Below, piece after piece: positions 37,436-47,071 of a stretch of DNA of 64,000 nucleotides. The position numbers and the translations under genes were made by a program. The DNA is from Methanomassiliicoccaceae archaeon (GTDB lineage Archaea; Thermoplasmatota; Thermoplasmata; Methanomassiliicoccales; Methanomassiliicoccaceae): NCBI GenBank assembly GCA_040776945.1, contig JAXGZN010000002.1, positions 128,001-192,000 on the forward strand, written 5' to 3'. The notes beneath the pieces were generated by a model that was given only the letters and a program-made list of their open reading frames with translations, was not told the DNA's origin and ran no database searches. Each line of letters opens with the position of its first letter. Within the stretch, counting starts at the first letter, position 1.

Positions 37436-38136
37436 CGCTTCCATACCTCCTCAGGCCTGATAGTGCCCTGATACAGCGCCAGGCCGACGACCGCTGACCT
37501 CACGCCGATGTCCTCGAGGGCGGCAAGGTCGTTCACAGTGGTGACGCCTCCGGAGGCGATCACGTCGTGGGGGCACATTTCCACGAACCGCCTCATCTCC
37601 TCGATATCGATCCCTTTGGCCTTGCCCTCAACGTTGACGTTGGTGTGGAGCACTCCTGCCAGTGGCAGCCCCTCCGTGCTCCGGAGCGTTTCGCGGAGCC
37701 TGCTCTCCGAGGACTCCTTCCAACCTTTGAGCTGGATCCTCCCGTCCTTTGTGTCGACCGCCAGCACCACCTTGTTCCGGTTGGTCCGGGCCAGGTCCTG
37801 GAACCATTCAGGGTCGGTGATGGCCCTGGTGCCCACCACAACCCTGGAGGCGCCAAGGGCGAGAAGGGTCTGGACAGCCTCGGTGGTGCGGATGCCCCCA
37901 CCGACCTGGAGGGGGACCTTGACCTTGGACATGATGGATGTGATGGCCCCGAAGTTATCGCCTCTCCCCATGGCCGCGTTCAGGTCGACCAAATGTATGG
38001 CTGGCGCGCCCTTGCCCTCCCAGTCGAGAGCGACCTCCCGAGGGTCGGGAAGGGAAACCTTCTCGGTGCCCGGCCTTCCGCCAACCAGCTGCACGGCCTT
38101 TCCGTCCAATATGTCCACTGCCGGTAATACCATCAT
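37432..38136 (-). CDS. hisA: ProFAR isomerase
   Basis: PAVDILDGKAVQL, HLVDLNAA, QVGGGIR and IASGGV motifs. Confidence 0.95.
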   Translation of the reverse strand: MMVLPAVDILDGKAVQLVGGRPGTEKVSLPDPREVALDWEGKGAPAIHLVDLNAAMGRGDNFGAITSIMSKVKVPLQVGGGIRTTEAVQTLLALGASRVVVGTRAITDPEWFQDLARTNRNKVVLAVDTKDGRIQLKGWKESSESRLRETLRSTEGLPLAGVLHTNVNVEGKAKGIDIEEMRRFVEMCPHDVIASGGVTTVNDLAALEDIGVRSAVVGLALYQGTIRPEEVWKR

Positions 38137-38777
38137 AGCTTGGCCTCGATGAATTTGACGAAGTTCCTCAGGAAGGTCGCCCCTGACGCGCTGCTTTTTT
38201 CCGGGTGGAATTGCACTCCGAGCACATTCTTTTTTCTGAACGCGGAGGGGAACTCCCCGAAATAATCGGTCCGAGCGATGGCCACATCCTCCTCCGGGCG
38301 GCCGTGGAAGGAATGCGCGAAGTAGAAGTACGGAGAGGTCACGCCGTCGAAGAAGCGATCATCGGAGCGGACCTTGTTCCATCCCATGTGCGGAACCCGC
38401 TCCGCCTTTAACTTGACCACCTGCCCCTTGATGAACCCAAGCCCCGGGCCTCTCCCCTCCTCGCTGCCCTCGAACAATATCTGGGCGCCGACGCAGATGC
38501 CCAGGCACGGGGTGCCGGATTCGAGCCGGTCGAGGATGATGTCACGATAGGGAAGCAGGCGCTCCATGGCGCTGTCGAACGCGCCGACCCCAGGGAGGAC
38601 GATGACCTCCGCGCTCAGCAGGTTGCGCATGTTCGACTCTACGACCGGCCTCGCTCCCGCCAGCTCCAGCGCCTTGCGGATGGAGTGGAGGTTGCCAACC
38701 CCATAGTCGGCCACCGATACCCGGACCTTAGGCCGCTGGCCGATGCGGTACGAGTCCGTCTCCTCCGGATACTTCAC
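38133..38777 (-). CDS. hisH: Imidazole glycerol phosphate synthase glutaminase subunit
   Basis: DYGVGNL, LPGVGAF, GICVGAQ, PHMGWN and QFHPEKS motifs; GTG start overlaps the hisC stop (GTGA). Confidence 0.95.
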   Translation of the reverse strand: MKYPEETDSYRIGQRPKVRVSVADYGVGNLHSIRKALELAGARPVVESNMRNLLSAEVIVLPGVGAFDSAMERLLPYRDIILDRLESGTPCLGICVGAQILFEGSEEGRGPGLGFIKGQVVKLKAERVPHMGWNKVRSDDRFFDGVTSPYFYFAHSFHGRPEEDVAIARTDYFGEFPSAFRKKNVLGVQFHPEKSSASGATFLRNFVKFIEAKL

Positions 38778-39838
38778 CGATCTCCTGATCCTTCCCAATC
38801 CTCGGTCACCTCCTTCAGCTTGAGGAGCAGCATATCGTTCAGCTCCCTGGTGCCGATGGTCGTCCGGACGCAATCCTCCAGCATCCGCAGGTGGCCGAAG
38901 TCCCGAATGAGCACGCCCTTTTCGGCCAGCCTCCTTACGAGGTCGGAAGAGGGTCTGGGGCTGCGGAACATGATGAAGTTGCTCTCTGACGGGAAGGTCT
39001 TGAAGCCCAGACCGGCCAGTCCGGAGGCTAGCCTGCTCCTCTCCTCGCGCACCAGGCCCACCGCCGCGTCCACGTAGGACGTGTTCTTCAGCGCGGCGAT
39101 GGCGGTCAGTTCGCTCACCCGGTCCAGCGAGTAGGGTATCTTCACCCGCTGCATGACCCCGGCCATCTTCAGGTTGGAGGCCATGTATCCGACCCGGAAG
39201 CCCGCGAGCCCGTACGCCTTGGAGAACGTTCGGGTGACGATGAGGTTCTCGAACTCATCCACCCGGGACATGAACGATTCACGGGCGAACTCCCCGTAGG
39301 CCTCGTCCACGATCACCGGGCCGTCGTGCTCCCGGACCACCCGCTCCACGTCCCGGTGGTGGAAGCAGTTGGCGGTGGGATTGTTTGGCGTGCACAGGAT
39401 GATCATCTTCCCCCTCGCGTCCAGGAGAGCATCGGGGTCCAGTTGGAACCCCTGCCCGAGATCGGCGGTGATGAAGCGGCCGCCATTTACCTTGACGAAG
39501 AAGCTGTGGAGGACATAGGATGGGTACGGGGCCACCACGGTCTCCCCCGGTTCCATGAAGGACTTGAAGGCGACATCCAAAGCCTCGTCCGATCCGTTGC
39601 CGACCACGAAGTTGTCCGCCTCCAGCCCATATTTCTCGGCCAGCGCCGCCCGCAGTTCGTCTGAGTACGGCGTCGGGTATTGGTTAAGGTCGAGGTCCAT
39701 GCACCTCGCGAGAACGTCCTTCACCACGGTGTTCGGGCCCAGAACGTTCACCGAGGTGTCCATGCGCACCGCCTTGACCTTTGGATTGTAGTAGAGCGGA
39801 ATGTCCCGCACGGTGGACCTGACCCACGATTCGTTCAT
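38774..39838 (-). CDS. hisC: Histidinol-phosphate aminotransferase
   Basis: GNGSDE, PNNPT, DEAY and RTFSKAYGLAGFRVG motifs; his operon context. Confidence 0.94.
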   Translation of the reverse strand: MNESWVRSTVRDIPLYYNPKVKAVRMDTSVNVLGPNTVVKDVLARCMDLDLNQYPTPYSDELRAALAEKYGLEADNFVVGNGSDEALDVAFKSFMEPGETVVAPYPSYVLHSFFVKVNGGRFITADLGQGFQLDPDALLDARGKMIILCTPNNPTANCFHHRDVERVVREHDGPVIVDEAYGEFARESFMSRVDEFENLIVTRTFSKAYGLAGFRVGYMASNLKMAGVMQRVKIPYSLDRVSELTAIAALKNTSYVDAAVGLVREERSRLASGLAGLGFKTFPSESNFIMFRSPRPSSDLVRRLAEKGVLIRDFGHLRMLEDCVRTTIGTRELNDMLLLKLKEVTEDWEGSGDR

Positions 39839-39847
39839 CCGCTCACC

Positions 39848-40711
39848 TCAAGGCACCATGCGATCTATGGGGACGATCAGTATGCCCGTGGCCCCCAGAC
39901 GCTTCAGCTTGTTCACCGACTGATAGATGGCGGTCTTGTCCACCACCACATGGATCGCGACCACGTCGTCCCTGCCCATCAGGCTCATGACCGTGGGACC
40001 GGCTATCCCAGGCAGGAAGTGGCGCACATCTTCCAGGGCGTCGACGGGCACGTCGGCCATGAGGTATCGCTTACCCTCGGCGTCCATGACGGAGCGGATC
40101 GCTGAGGCCAGCTCCTCCAGCTCGGCCCCTTTGGTCCTCATCGCCTCCCGGTTGGCTATCAGCACCGCCTGGGACTCGGCGATCACCGCGATCTCCTTCA
40201 GACGGTTGGTCTTCAGGGTGCTTCCGCTGGACACCAGGTCCACGATGAGGTTCGCAACGCCCAGGTGGGGGGTGACCTCCGCCGCTCCGGATATCACGGT
40301 GACGTCGACCTTCTTGCCCCGCGACTCAAAGTACTTCTGGGTCAGGTGGGGGAACGAGGTGGCGACCATCGAACCGTCGGGGACGTCCTCGACCCGGTCG
40401 ATGCCCTGCCCTTCGGGGACGGCGACCGAAAGGCGGCACCTCCCGAAGCCCATGTCCAAGAGCTTGTGCACCTCAAGGCCGGACTCCAGCACGAGGTCGT
40501 AACCGGTGATGCCCATGTCCACCGCTCCATTGTGGACGAACCTCACAATGTCCTGGGCCCTCAGGAACATGACCGAGAGGTCGCCGTTCTTAACGTTGGC
40601 ATATAGCTTCCTGTCCCCCCCGTCCTCGATCTCCAGGCCGGCCTGGTTCAGGATCTGGATGGACCGCTCGTTCAACCGCCCCTTGTTCGGCACGGCCAGT
40701 TTGATGGACAT
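39848..40711 (-). CDS. hisG: ATP phosphoribosyltransferase (long form)
   Basis: LAVPNKGRL, RAQDI, GITGYD, DLVSSGSTL and PGIAGPTV motifs; ATG 40711 with AGGTGA Shine-Dalgarno. Confidence 0.96.
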   Translation of the reverse strand: MSIKLAVPNKGRLNERSIQILNQAGLEIEDGGDRKLYANVKNGDLSVMFLRAQDIVRFVHNGAVDMGITGYDLVLESGLEVHKLLDMGFGRCRLSVAVPEGQGIDRVEDVPDGSMVATSFPHLTQKYFESRGKKVDVTVISGAAEVTPHLGVANLIVDLVSSGSTLKTNRLKEIAVIAESQAVLIANREAMRTKGAELEELASAIRSVMDAEGKRYLMADVPVDALEDVRHFLPGIAGPTVMSLMGRDDVVAIHVVVDKTAIYQSVNKLKRLGATGILIVPIDRMVP

Positions 40712-40753
40712 CACTTCACCTTTCAAAGCGTCAGAGGTGATATCCTATCCTCA

Positions 40754-40760
40754 TTTATAA
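40754..40760 (-). promoter_or_regulatory. Putative TATA box of the his operon
   Basis: TTATAAA on the minus strand, about 45 nt upstream of the hisG ATG. Confidence 0.5.
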
Positions 40761-40857
40761 CATATGGGATTTTTCCAGGCGGTCCAGCAGCCCTGTTCCC
40801 TTCTTTCCCGCCGGCGGCAACATATATCTCCGTTCAGCTTCATTTTATTATTCCGCA

Positions 40858-42273
40858 ATGAAGGTGATGCTCGCCACCCCGCCGTGGAGGTCGACCGAGC
40901 GTTGGCCGCCGCTGGGGCTGCTGTACCTTGCCGGAAGCGTGAAGAGGGAGCGAGGGGACGATGTAGTGGTGGAGGACGCCTTCTGCCGCAACCTGTCCGT
41001 GGATCAGTTGGTGGAACGCGTTGCGGCCGAGCGCCCGGACGTGCTGGGGATGAGCTGCTCCACCCACACCTTCAACGTCACGATGGACGTGCTTAGAGGA
41101 GTGAGAGAGACCCTTCCGGACACGGTCATCGTTCTGGGCGGGTACCATGCTACCTTCGCCGCCCCGTGGATCCTTGAGGGGTACAAGTTCATCGAATACA
41201 TATTGAAGGGGGAGGCGGAACGCTCTCTGCCTCGGCTGCTGGACCATATCGAGGCGGGCACCGAGCCGGTGGACGTGGAGGGCATATCCTTCATCCGTGC
41301 TGACGGAGGGCTGTTCGAACGGCCGCTGGCCCTCATCGAGGACCTTGACGCCCTCGACTTCCCGGACCGATCGCTGCTGGGAGACTTCGAGTATGGGTAC
41401 GTGTTCCGCGGCGTGCCCCTGACCTTCGGGAAGTTCACTACGATGTCCACGTCCCGGGGGTGTCCGTTCTCATGCGCATACTGCTCGTGCGCCGCCTTCT
41501 CCGAGCGGCGGTGGAGGCCGCGCTCCGCGGAGAGCGTGGTGGACGAACTGGAGGTTCTCTACCGCCAGGGCTACCGCGAGTGCGTGATGGTCGACGACAA
41601 CTTCACCCAGGCGATACGCCGTGTCGAGGACATCTGCCGCCTTGTACGGGAGCGCGGCATACGCATGAGGCTGTTCTGCGAGGGCCGCGCTGGCCATGCT
41701 CAGCTATCGCTGCTGAGGAAGATGAGGTCCGCGGGCTTCGAGGTCATCTACTTCGGCGCGGAATCGTCCTCCCCCAAGGTCCTTGATTATTACAACAAGA
41801 GGCAGACCCCAGAGCGGACGGCCGAGGCGGTGGACAACGCCAAGCGGGCGGGCATGCTGGTGATCACCTCGTACATCCTGGGGGCCCCGATCGAGACCCG
41901 GGAGGAGATGCTATCGACGATAGACTTTGCGTGCTCCCTCCGCCCCCACGGGGTGCAGTACAACATCCTGGACCTTTTGGTCGGCACTCCGCTGTGGGAA
42001 CGGCTGGCGGAGGCCGGCACGATCGGAGCCGAGGACTGGAGGACCAATCATCGGGTTTACGAGATGTTTCCAGAGAACGCATCCCGGGAGGAACTGGAGG
42101 CACTGATCGACAAGGGATACAGCTCATACATCGGAGCCTGGAGAAGTGCCTCGGGCATCATGGAGCTGCTGCGCACATTGTTGATCAACTCGACCGCCCG
42201 CAGGATCGTGGCCGGGAATCTCGCCAATCCTGCAGCGAGGAAGCTGATAGCTAGCGGCCTCAGGGACCGCTGA
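40858..42273 (+). CDS. B12-binding domain radical SAM protein (class B methyltransferase-like)
   Basis: PPLGLLYLA and GGYHAT (cobalamin-binding domain); TSRGCPFSCAYC, DDNF, FGAES and GTPLW. Confidence 0.9.
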   Translation: MKVMLATPPWRSTERWPPLGLLYLAGSVKRERGDDVVVEDAFCRNLSVDQLVERVAAERPDVLGMSCSTHTFNVTMDVLRGVRETLPDTVIVLGGYHATFAAPWILEGYKFIEYILKGEAERSLPRLLDHIEAGTEPVDVEGISFIRADGGLFERPLALIEDLDALDFPDRSLLGDFEYGYVFRGVPLTFGKFTTMSTSRGCPFSCAYCSCAAFSERRWRPRSAESVVDELEVLYRQGYRECVMVDDNFTQAIRRVEDICRLVRERGIRMRLFCEGRAGHAQLSLLRKMRSAGFEVIYFGAESSSPKVLDYYNKRQTPERTAEAVDNAKRAGMLVITSYILGAPIETREEMLSTIDFACSLRPHGVQYNILDLLVGTPLWERLAEAGTIGAEDWRTNHRVYEMFPENASREELEALIDKGYSSYIGAWRSASGIMELLRTLLINSTARRIVAGNLANPAARKLIASGLRDR

Positions 42274-42283
42274 TCCTCGGTGC

Positions 42284-43471
42284 TCATGCCGCCGCTCCCC
42301 GATCAAGGTCGCGGAAGGTCCACGCGAACAGGGCGGCCGCCAGGACAAGCAGGGCGCTCAGGGTCCAGAAGCCGCCCAGGTACCATAAGGAGCTGCCGAT
42401 GACCAGCGCGATGATTATCGGTCCGGAGAACTGTCCGACGTCCATTATGGTATGCAGGAAACCCATCGCCGAGCCGGAGGAGGAGCGCACGCAAAGGTCC
42501 GATACGAGCGCCTGAGAGGAGGAGGTTACGGAGGCGAAGCCCAGGCCGAACAGCGCGGAAAGGACCACCAGCAGCGCCGGCTCGAAGCTGAGCGGGAACA
42601 GGAGCACGGCAGAGGCGCACAGGAGCAGGCCGAGGATGATGAACCCCCTCCTTCCCCGACGGTCGGACGCCCGCCCCATCAGCGGCTTTATCAACGCCAC
42701 CGTGACCAGCTGCGCGCCGCCTATGAGGGCCCACCATTCCGCCCCCAGGCCTCCGTTCACCGCATAGTCGATGGAGAACACCTCGAAGGCGCCGTAGGCC
42801 AGGTACTGCGCGGCCTCGATCGAGGAGGCCACCACAACCTTTCGGTCGGTCACGATGGAGAGAAGCTGCTCCCGCAGCGGGGAGGCCCTCTTCCCTTTCC
42901 CCCCCGGGTCTCGGCCCTGTCCATACACCGCGACGATGGCCACTAGCGCCGAAATGCCGGCCAACGCGACGGCCCAGTACACATCGCGGTAATTGTTCAT
43001 GGTGAGCACGATGAGGCCCCCGCCAATGAAGGGGGCCAGCCCCCGGCCGACGATGGTGGCCGAGGAATAGAACGACAGGCGGGCGGCCTTGAGGTCGGGA
43101 AAATTGTCAACGATGGCCGCGCTGGCCACGGTCCCGAACATCGCAGTGGCGAAGCCGTGGTAGAACCTAACGGCCATCAGCTCGCCCGGGGTGCCTACGA
43201 CCAGGTAAAGGAGAGGGGCGGTGGCGAAGACCGCTCCTGCGGCATGCATGACCTTCTTGCGGCCAAGGATGTCCGACAAGGACCCGGCAGGCAGGGAGAC
43301 CAGGATCCCAGGAAGGGTGGAGGCGGCGGCGATGAGGCCCAGGAGCGCGGTGTCCGCGCCAAGGCTGCGCGCGAAGGGGACCAGCACAGGGTTCTTGGCC
43401 ATCGTCGAGCTGAGGATCGCCAGCGCCCCGGCGAAGCTGAGCCCGTAAAAGAATCGGTCCCTCGGTTCCAT
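42284..43471 (-). CDS. MFS transporter
   Basis: About 12 hydrophobic segments; motif A copies GSLSDILGRK and GRASDRRGRR. Confidence 0.92.
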   Translation of the reverse strand: MEPRDRFFYGLSFAGALAILSSTMAKNPVLVPFARSLGADTALLGLIAAASTLPGILVSLPAGSLSDILGRKKVMHAAGAVFATAPLLYLVVGTPGELMAVRFYHGFATAMFGTVASAAIVDNFPDLKAARLSFYSSATIVGRGLAPFIGGGLIVLTMNNYRDVYWAVALAGISALVAIVAVYGQGRDPGGKGKRASPLREQLLSIVTDRKVVVASSIEAAQYLAYGAFEVFSIDYAVNGGLGAEWWALIGGAQLVTVALIKPLMGRASDRRGRRGFIILGLLLCASAVLLFPLSFEPALLVVLSALFGLGFASVTSSSQALVSDLCVRSSSGSAMGFLHTIMDVGQFSGPIIIALVIGSSLWYLGGFWTLSALLVLAAALFAWTFRDLDRGAAA

Positions 43472-43549
43472 GTTCTCCCGAATGTAACGGCGAAGGGAGT
43501 TATTTCTCTTCGCGACGCCATGTACCCTGCGCCCTCTCGGGACAGAGCG

Positions 43550-43702
43550 ATGAACATGGCAGGAAAGGAGGATGCGAGCGAGGTTCTAAAGTGGCACACG
43601 CGGTGCTTCATTTGCCCGAACAAGGTACGCTGCCGTGACGAGAAGGTGGTCCGCGGGTCCAAGAAATGCATTAACCTGCTCAAGCGCAGGGCCAAAAGGT
43701 GA
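43550..43702 (+). CDS. Small basic Cys-rich protein (about 50 aa), possible zinc finger
   Basis: MNMAGKEDASEVLKWHTRCFICPNKVRCRDEKVVRGSKKCINLLKRRAKR; fills the gap between the MFS and UPF0280 genes. Confidence 0.55.
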   Translation: MNMAGKEDASEVLKWHTRCFICPNKVRCRDEKVVRGSKKCINLLKRRAKR

Positions 43703-44431
43703 TCAAAGGGTCGGGACCTCTATCCGGGAGATCCTACCGGCCGGGACCGCGACCCTTGCCAGCTCAGGCAGGCGGCCCTTAAAGGCCATCTTGTCCCCCA
43801 CCACGGCAACCGCCCCCTCGACCCCGGCGATGGAGCACACGTCATTTAGAGCGGCCGCCATAACCTCCTCGCGGTCCGAGGTGAGAAGGTTCCCCAACCT
43901 GGTGGCGCAGGCGTCGGCCAGGACCACATCGGGGGAGATGACGGTCGCGGCGTCGGAGATCCCGAAGGAAATCGACGGCCCGATGGTGGCCGACGATGTG
44001 CATATGCCGAAGATGCCCTCGCGAGGCCGGCATAGGAAGCCAATGCCCTGCACCCGCTCCCCGGCGTAGAGGCCGACCGCGGTGTCGCGGTCCAGAAGGA
44101 GGGCGATATCGCCCCCGTTGTCGACGACGGCCTGGGTGGCCCCGGCCTCGCGCATGTCCGCGACCGCCTGCTCGGCGATGGCCCCGGCCACCGCGGCCAT
44201 GGGCCCTACGCCGGCCTTGCTCGCGGCCGAGCACATGCGCCGGATCAGCGGCGGGGCATCGTCCGGGCAAAGGTACGGCTCCAGCGTGACCCGGAAGACC
44301 GGGTCCCTGCCGATGAACCTCTGGACGGTCTCCCTGGACCTGAAGATCGACGCCCGGGCCTCGCTGATGAAGCGCTCCTCGGCCACGATGGTGGCCGCGG
44401 TCTCCCCCACCTCGAAGTGCTCCCGCCTCAT
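43703..44431 (-). CDS. UPF0280/ApbE-like protein (MA1715-like, sulfide assimilation)
   Basis: VGPMAAVAGAIA, VDNGGDIA, GICTSSATIGPSISFG.SDAATV and ADACAT motifs; ATGA overlap with the ferredoxin gene. Confidence 0.9.
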   Translation of the reverse strand: MRREHFEVGETAATIVAEERFISEARASIFRSRETVQRFIGRDPVFRVTLEPYLCPDDAPPLIRRMCSAASKAGVGPMAAVAGAIAEQAVADMREAGATQAVVDNGGDIALLLDRDTAVGLYAGERVQGIGFLCRPREGIFGICTSSATIGPSISFGISDAATVISPDVVLADACATRLGNLLTSDREEVMAAALNDVCSIAGVEGAVAVVGDKMAFKGRLPELARVAVPAGRISRIEVPTL

Positions 44432-44832
44432 GTCTTGAGCTTCATCGCCCGAGGGGGGCAGGACGATATGCACAGGCCGCAGGCGATGCATTTCTCGAGG
44501 TGGAAGATGACCTTCCACGTGTCGCGGTCCATCTCTATGGCGTCGGCCGGGCAGATGGACACGCACATCCCGCAGTTCGTGCACCTCTCCTCGTCCTTGG
44601 TGACGAACTCGTTGAGCTCCTCGACCTTGACCCCCATGTCCTGGAGGTACGCCACTCCTTTGGTGATCTGAGCAGGCTTCCCGTCGACCTCTATCAGCAG
44701 CTGCCCGCCCTTCTCCACGACCTCTGCCCTCAGGATGTTGAACTTGAGGTCGAAGTCCTTGACCAGGACATAGGTTATGGGCTCGTTCACCAGCGCGGGG
44801 ACGAAGTACAGGTTGAACTTACGCTTGGACAT
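44428..44832 (-). CDS. NIL domain-2[4Fe-4S] ferredoxin (MA1822-like)
   Basis: N-terminal NIL motif (KFNILRA); CTNCGMCVSICP and CIACGLCISSCP; TGATG coupling to the DUF39 gene. Confidence 0.9.
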   Translation of the reverse strand: MSKRKFNLYFVPALVNEPITYVLVKDFDLKFNILRAEVVEKGGQLLIEVDGKPAQITKGVAYLQDMGVKVEELNEFVTKDEERCTNCGMCVSICPADAIEMDRDTWKVIFHLEKCIACGLCISSCPPRAMKLKT

Positions 44833-45998
44833 CAGAGCACCTCGTCCATGGAGCATACTTCCAGGGGCCTCTGGGCCCTTTCCTCCGGCAACGGGACCAC
44901 CGGCGCGTTGAGCTCGAACTCCTTGTCGTCGATCATCCTCTTCAGCCTCTCAGCTATCAGCCTAGCCTTGTAGTAAGAGGACAGCGAGGAGGTCTTGACC
45001 TTCTTGCCGAACAGTTCCACCGTCCCGCTGCGGAGCTGCGCGTAGCTCACTTCCATCATCGGCCTGCGGTTACGCGATTGTATCGCGTAGTCTAGCACCG
45101 GAGCGAAGATGTCCTCGTCGGCCCTTGCCGCATTGGCCATCATGTCCTGGTCAAGGATGGGTATGGGCACCCCGATGCCCACTGCCATGGACAGCCCGTA
45201 GCCATGGAAGTTCAGGGCGCGGACGTACTCGGTGCTCATGCCCCGCAGGTCCCCGATCACCGCCAGGGTCCGCCCGGCGGACGAAGGCACGCCATTGCGG
45301 TACGGTATGTTGGTCTTGAACTGCGTACCCTCCCAAGCCACATATCCGATGCCTCCGCCCAGGAAGATCCTGGTGCCCATTCCGATGGAGCGGAGCTTGG
45401 GGTCCTTGAGCAGCGGGGAGAGCTGCCCGGCGCTGCTGTAGGTGGCGTTCCCGTAGTGCGGCAACAGCTTGCCCATGTAGGTGAACAGCGCCTTCTCAGA
45501 GGAATTGGTCGCCACTCCGTAGTTCTGATAGGCGTTCCGGGGATTGTACATGTAGGCCTGGTTCACCGACTTCAATGAGATGTAGGTGTCGATGTCCCGG
45601 CGGGGATAGCAGTCGGTTCCACGGCCGGTGGCCCGCAGGTGCACGGCCTCACCGGCGATCAGCGACTCGATCACGTGCGCTCCGCCATAGTCCATGCCGT
45701 CGCCCTCCCGCTCCTCCGTCGCTCCGATGTACGCGTCCACGGCGGCGAGGCCGGTGTACGCTGGAACGCCGTTGAGCCAGACCTTGCTCATTCGTATGGG
45801 CGGCTCGGCATGCCCGAAGTTGATGAACGCCCCCGAGGAGCACATGGCGCCGAAGGTGCCCGTCGTTACTACGTCCACCTCCTTGGTGGCCCTCTCAATG
45901 CCCTGGTCCTCGACCAGCCTGATGGCCTCCTCCGCGGTCAATACCACCGCGTCGCCCCTCTTGATCTTGGCGTTGATCTCCTCGTATGTCCTTTTCAA
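44832..45998 (-). CDS. DUF39 L-aspartate semialdehyde sulfurtransferase (homocysteine biosynthesis, MA1821-like), without CBS domains
   Basis: EINAKIKRGDAVV, DVVTTGTFGAMCSSG, YGGAHVIE, GTDCYPR, NPRNAYQNY and GIGVPIP motifs. Confidence 0.92.
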   Translation of the reverse strand: MKRTYEEINAKIKRGDAVVLTAEEAIRLVEDQGIERATKEVDVVTTGTFGAMCSSGAFINFGHAEPPIRMSKVWLNGVPAYTGLAAVDAYIGATEEREGDGMDYGGAHVIESLIAGEAVHLRATGRGTDCYPRRDIDTYISLKSVNQAYMYNPRNAYQNYGVATNSSEKALFTYMGKLLPHYGNATYSSAGQLSPLLKDPKLRSIGMGTRIFLGGGIGYVAWEGTQFKTNIPYRNGVPSSAGRTLAVIGDLRGMSTEYVRALNFHGYGLSMAVGIGVPIPILDQDMMANAARADEDIFAPVLDYAIQSRNRRPMMEVSYAQLRSGTVELFGKKVKTSSLSSYYKARLIAERLKRMIDDKEFELNAPVVPLPEERAQRPLEVCSMDEVL

Positions 45999-46007
45999 CT
46001 TCTCACC

Positions 46008-47069
46008 TTAAAGCAGCTTCTTGGCGTTCGCCAGCTCGGCGTTGAGGACCGAACCCCCAGCGCCTCCCCGCAGGGTGTTGTGGGAGAGCACGAACATCTT
46101 GAAATATGTACCCTTCTTCCTAACGCGTCCGACCACTGTGCTCATGCCCTTGGCCCTTTCCGGCTCGCCGGCATTGACGTCCAGGGCCGGCTGAGGCCGG
46201 TCCGCCTCAGAGCGCACGATGATCGGGCGCAGGGGCGCGGTGGCCAGCTTGAGCTTCTGAGGCTCGGCCCGGAACTCATCCATGACCTTGACCAGGTCCT
46301 TTGCCTCGGCATCCTCGGAGGTCCGCAGGGTGACCGACTCCAGATGCCCATCGATCACCGGGACGCGCACACAGCTGGCAAGGAACTCCACCGGGTGGTC
46401 GATGAACTTACCCCGCCGGACCGAACCCAGGATCTTGGCGATCTCGGTCTCCATCTTCTCCTCCTCGGACCTGATGTAGGGGACCACATTGCTCATGATG
46501 TCCAGCGACGGAACGCCTGGATATCCGGCGCCGGAGATGGCCTGATATGTCGATACGCAAGCGAACTCCAGGCCGAAGGCGTCATCGACCGCCTTCAGAG
46601 GGACGGCGACGCCGGTGGTCGAGCAGTTGGCGTTGGCGACTATGAAGCCCCCGTCCTTGAAGGTGCTTTGCTTCTTTACCATGTCAAGATGGCCGGCGTT
46701 GCACTCGGGGATGAGGAGCGGTACGTAGGCATCCATCCGGTGTGCCGCCGCGTTGGAGAACACCGCGCATCCGGCCTGGGCCAGCTGGGTCTCCAGGCCG
46801 CCGGCCAGATCGGACGGCAGTCCGGAGAAGGCGACCCGGCTGGCCTTGGCGATGCGGGCCACGTCCAATTGCTCGATCCTCATGTCCAAGGTATCGTCCA
46901 TGAACACGTGGTCCCTGACCTTCAGGGTATCTCCCAGCCTTTTCCCCTCGGACCTTTCCGAGGCGTACAGTCCAGCGATCTCGAACTTGGGATGGCCCTC
47001 CAGCAGCTGTACGAACCGCTGTCCGATCATCCCCGTGGCGCCCAGGACGGCGACCTTCACCTTTGCCAT
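46008..47069 (-). CDS. asd: Aspartate-semialdehyde dehydrogenase (archaeal/fungal type)
   Basis: LGATGMIGQRF, NANCST (catalytic Cys), QAISGAGYPG, RVPVIDGH and HNTLRGGAG motifs. Confidence 0.96.
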   Translation of the reverse strand: MAKVKVAVLGATGMIGQRFVQLLEGHPKFEIAGLYASERSEGKRLGDTLKVRDHVFMDDTLDMRIEQLDVARIAKASRVAFSGLPSDLAGGLETQLAQAGCAVFSNAAAHRMDAYVPLLIPECNAGHLDMVKKQSTFKDGGFIVANANCSTTGVAVPLKAVDDAFGLEFACVSTYQAISGAGYPGVPSLDIMSNVVPYIRSEEEKMETEIAKILGSVRRGKFIDHPVEFLASCVRVPVIDGHLESVTLRTSEDAEAKDLVKVMDEFRAEPQKLKLATAPLRPIIVRSEADRPQPALDVNAGEPERAKGMSTVVGRVRKKGTYFKMFVLSHNTLRGGAGGSVLNAELANAKKLL

Positions 47070-47071
47070 GT

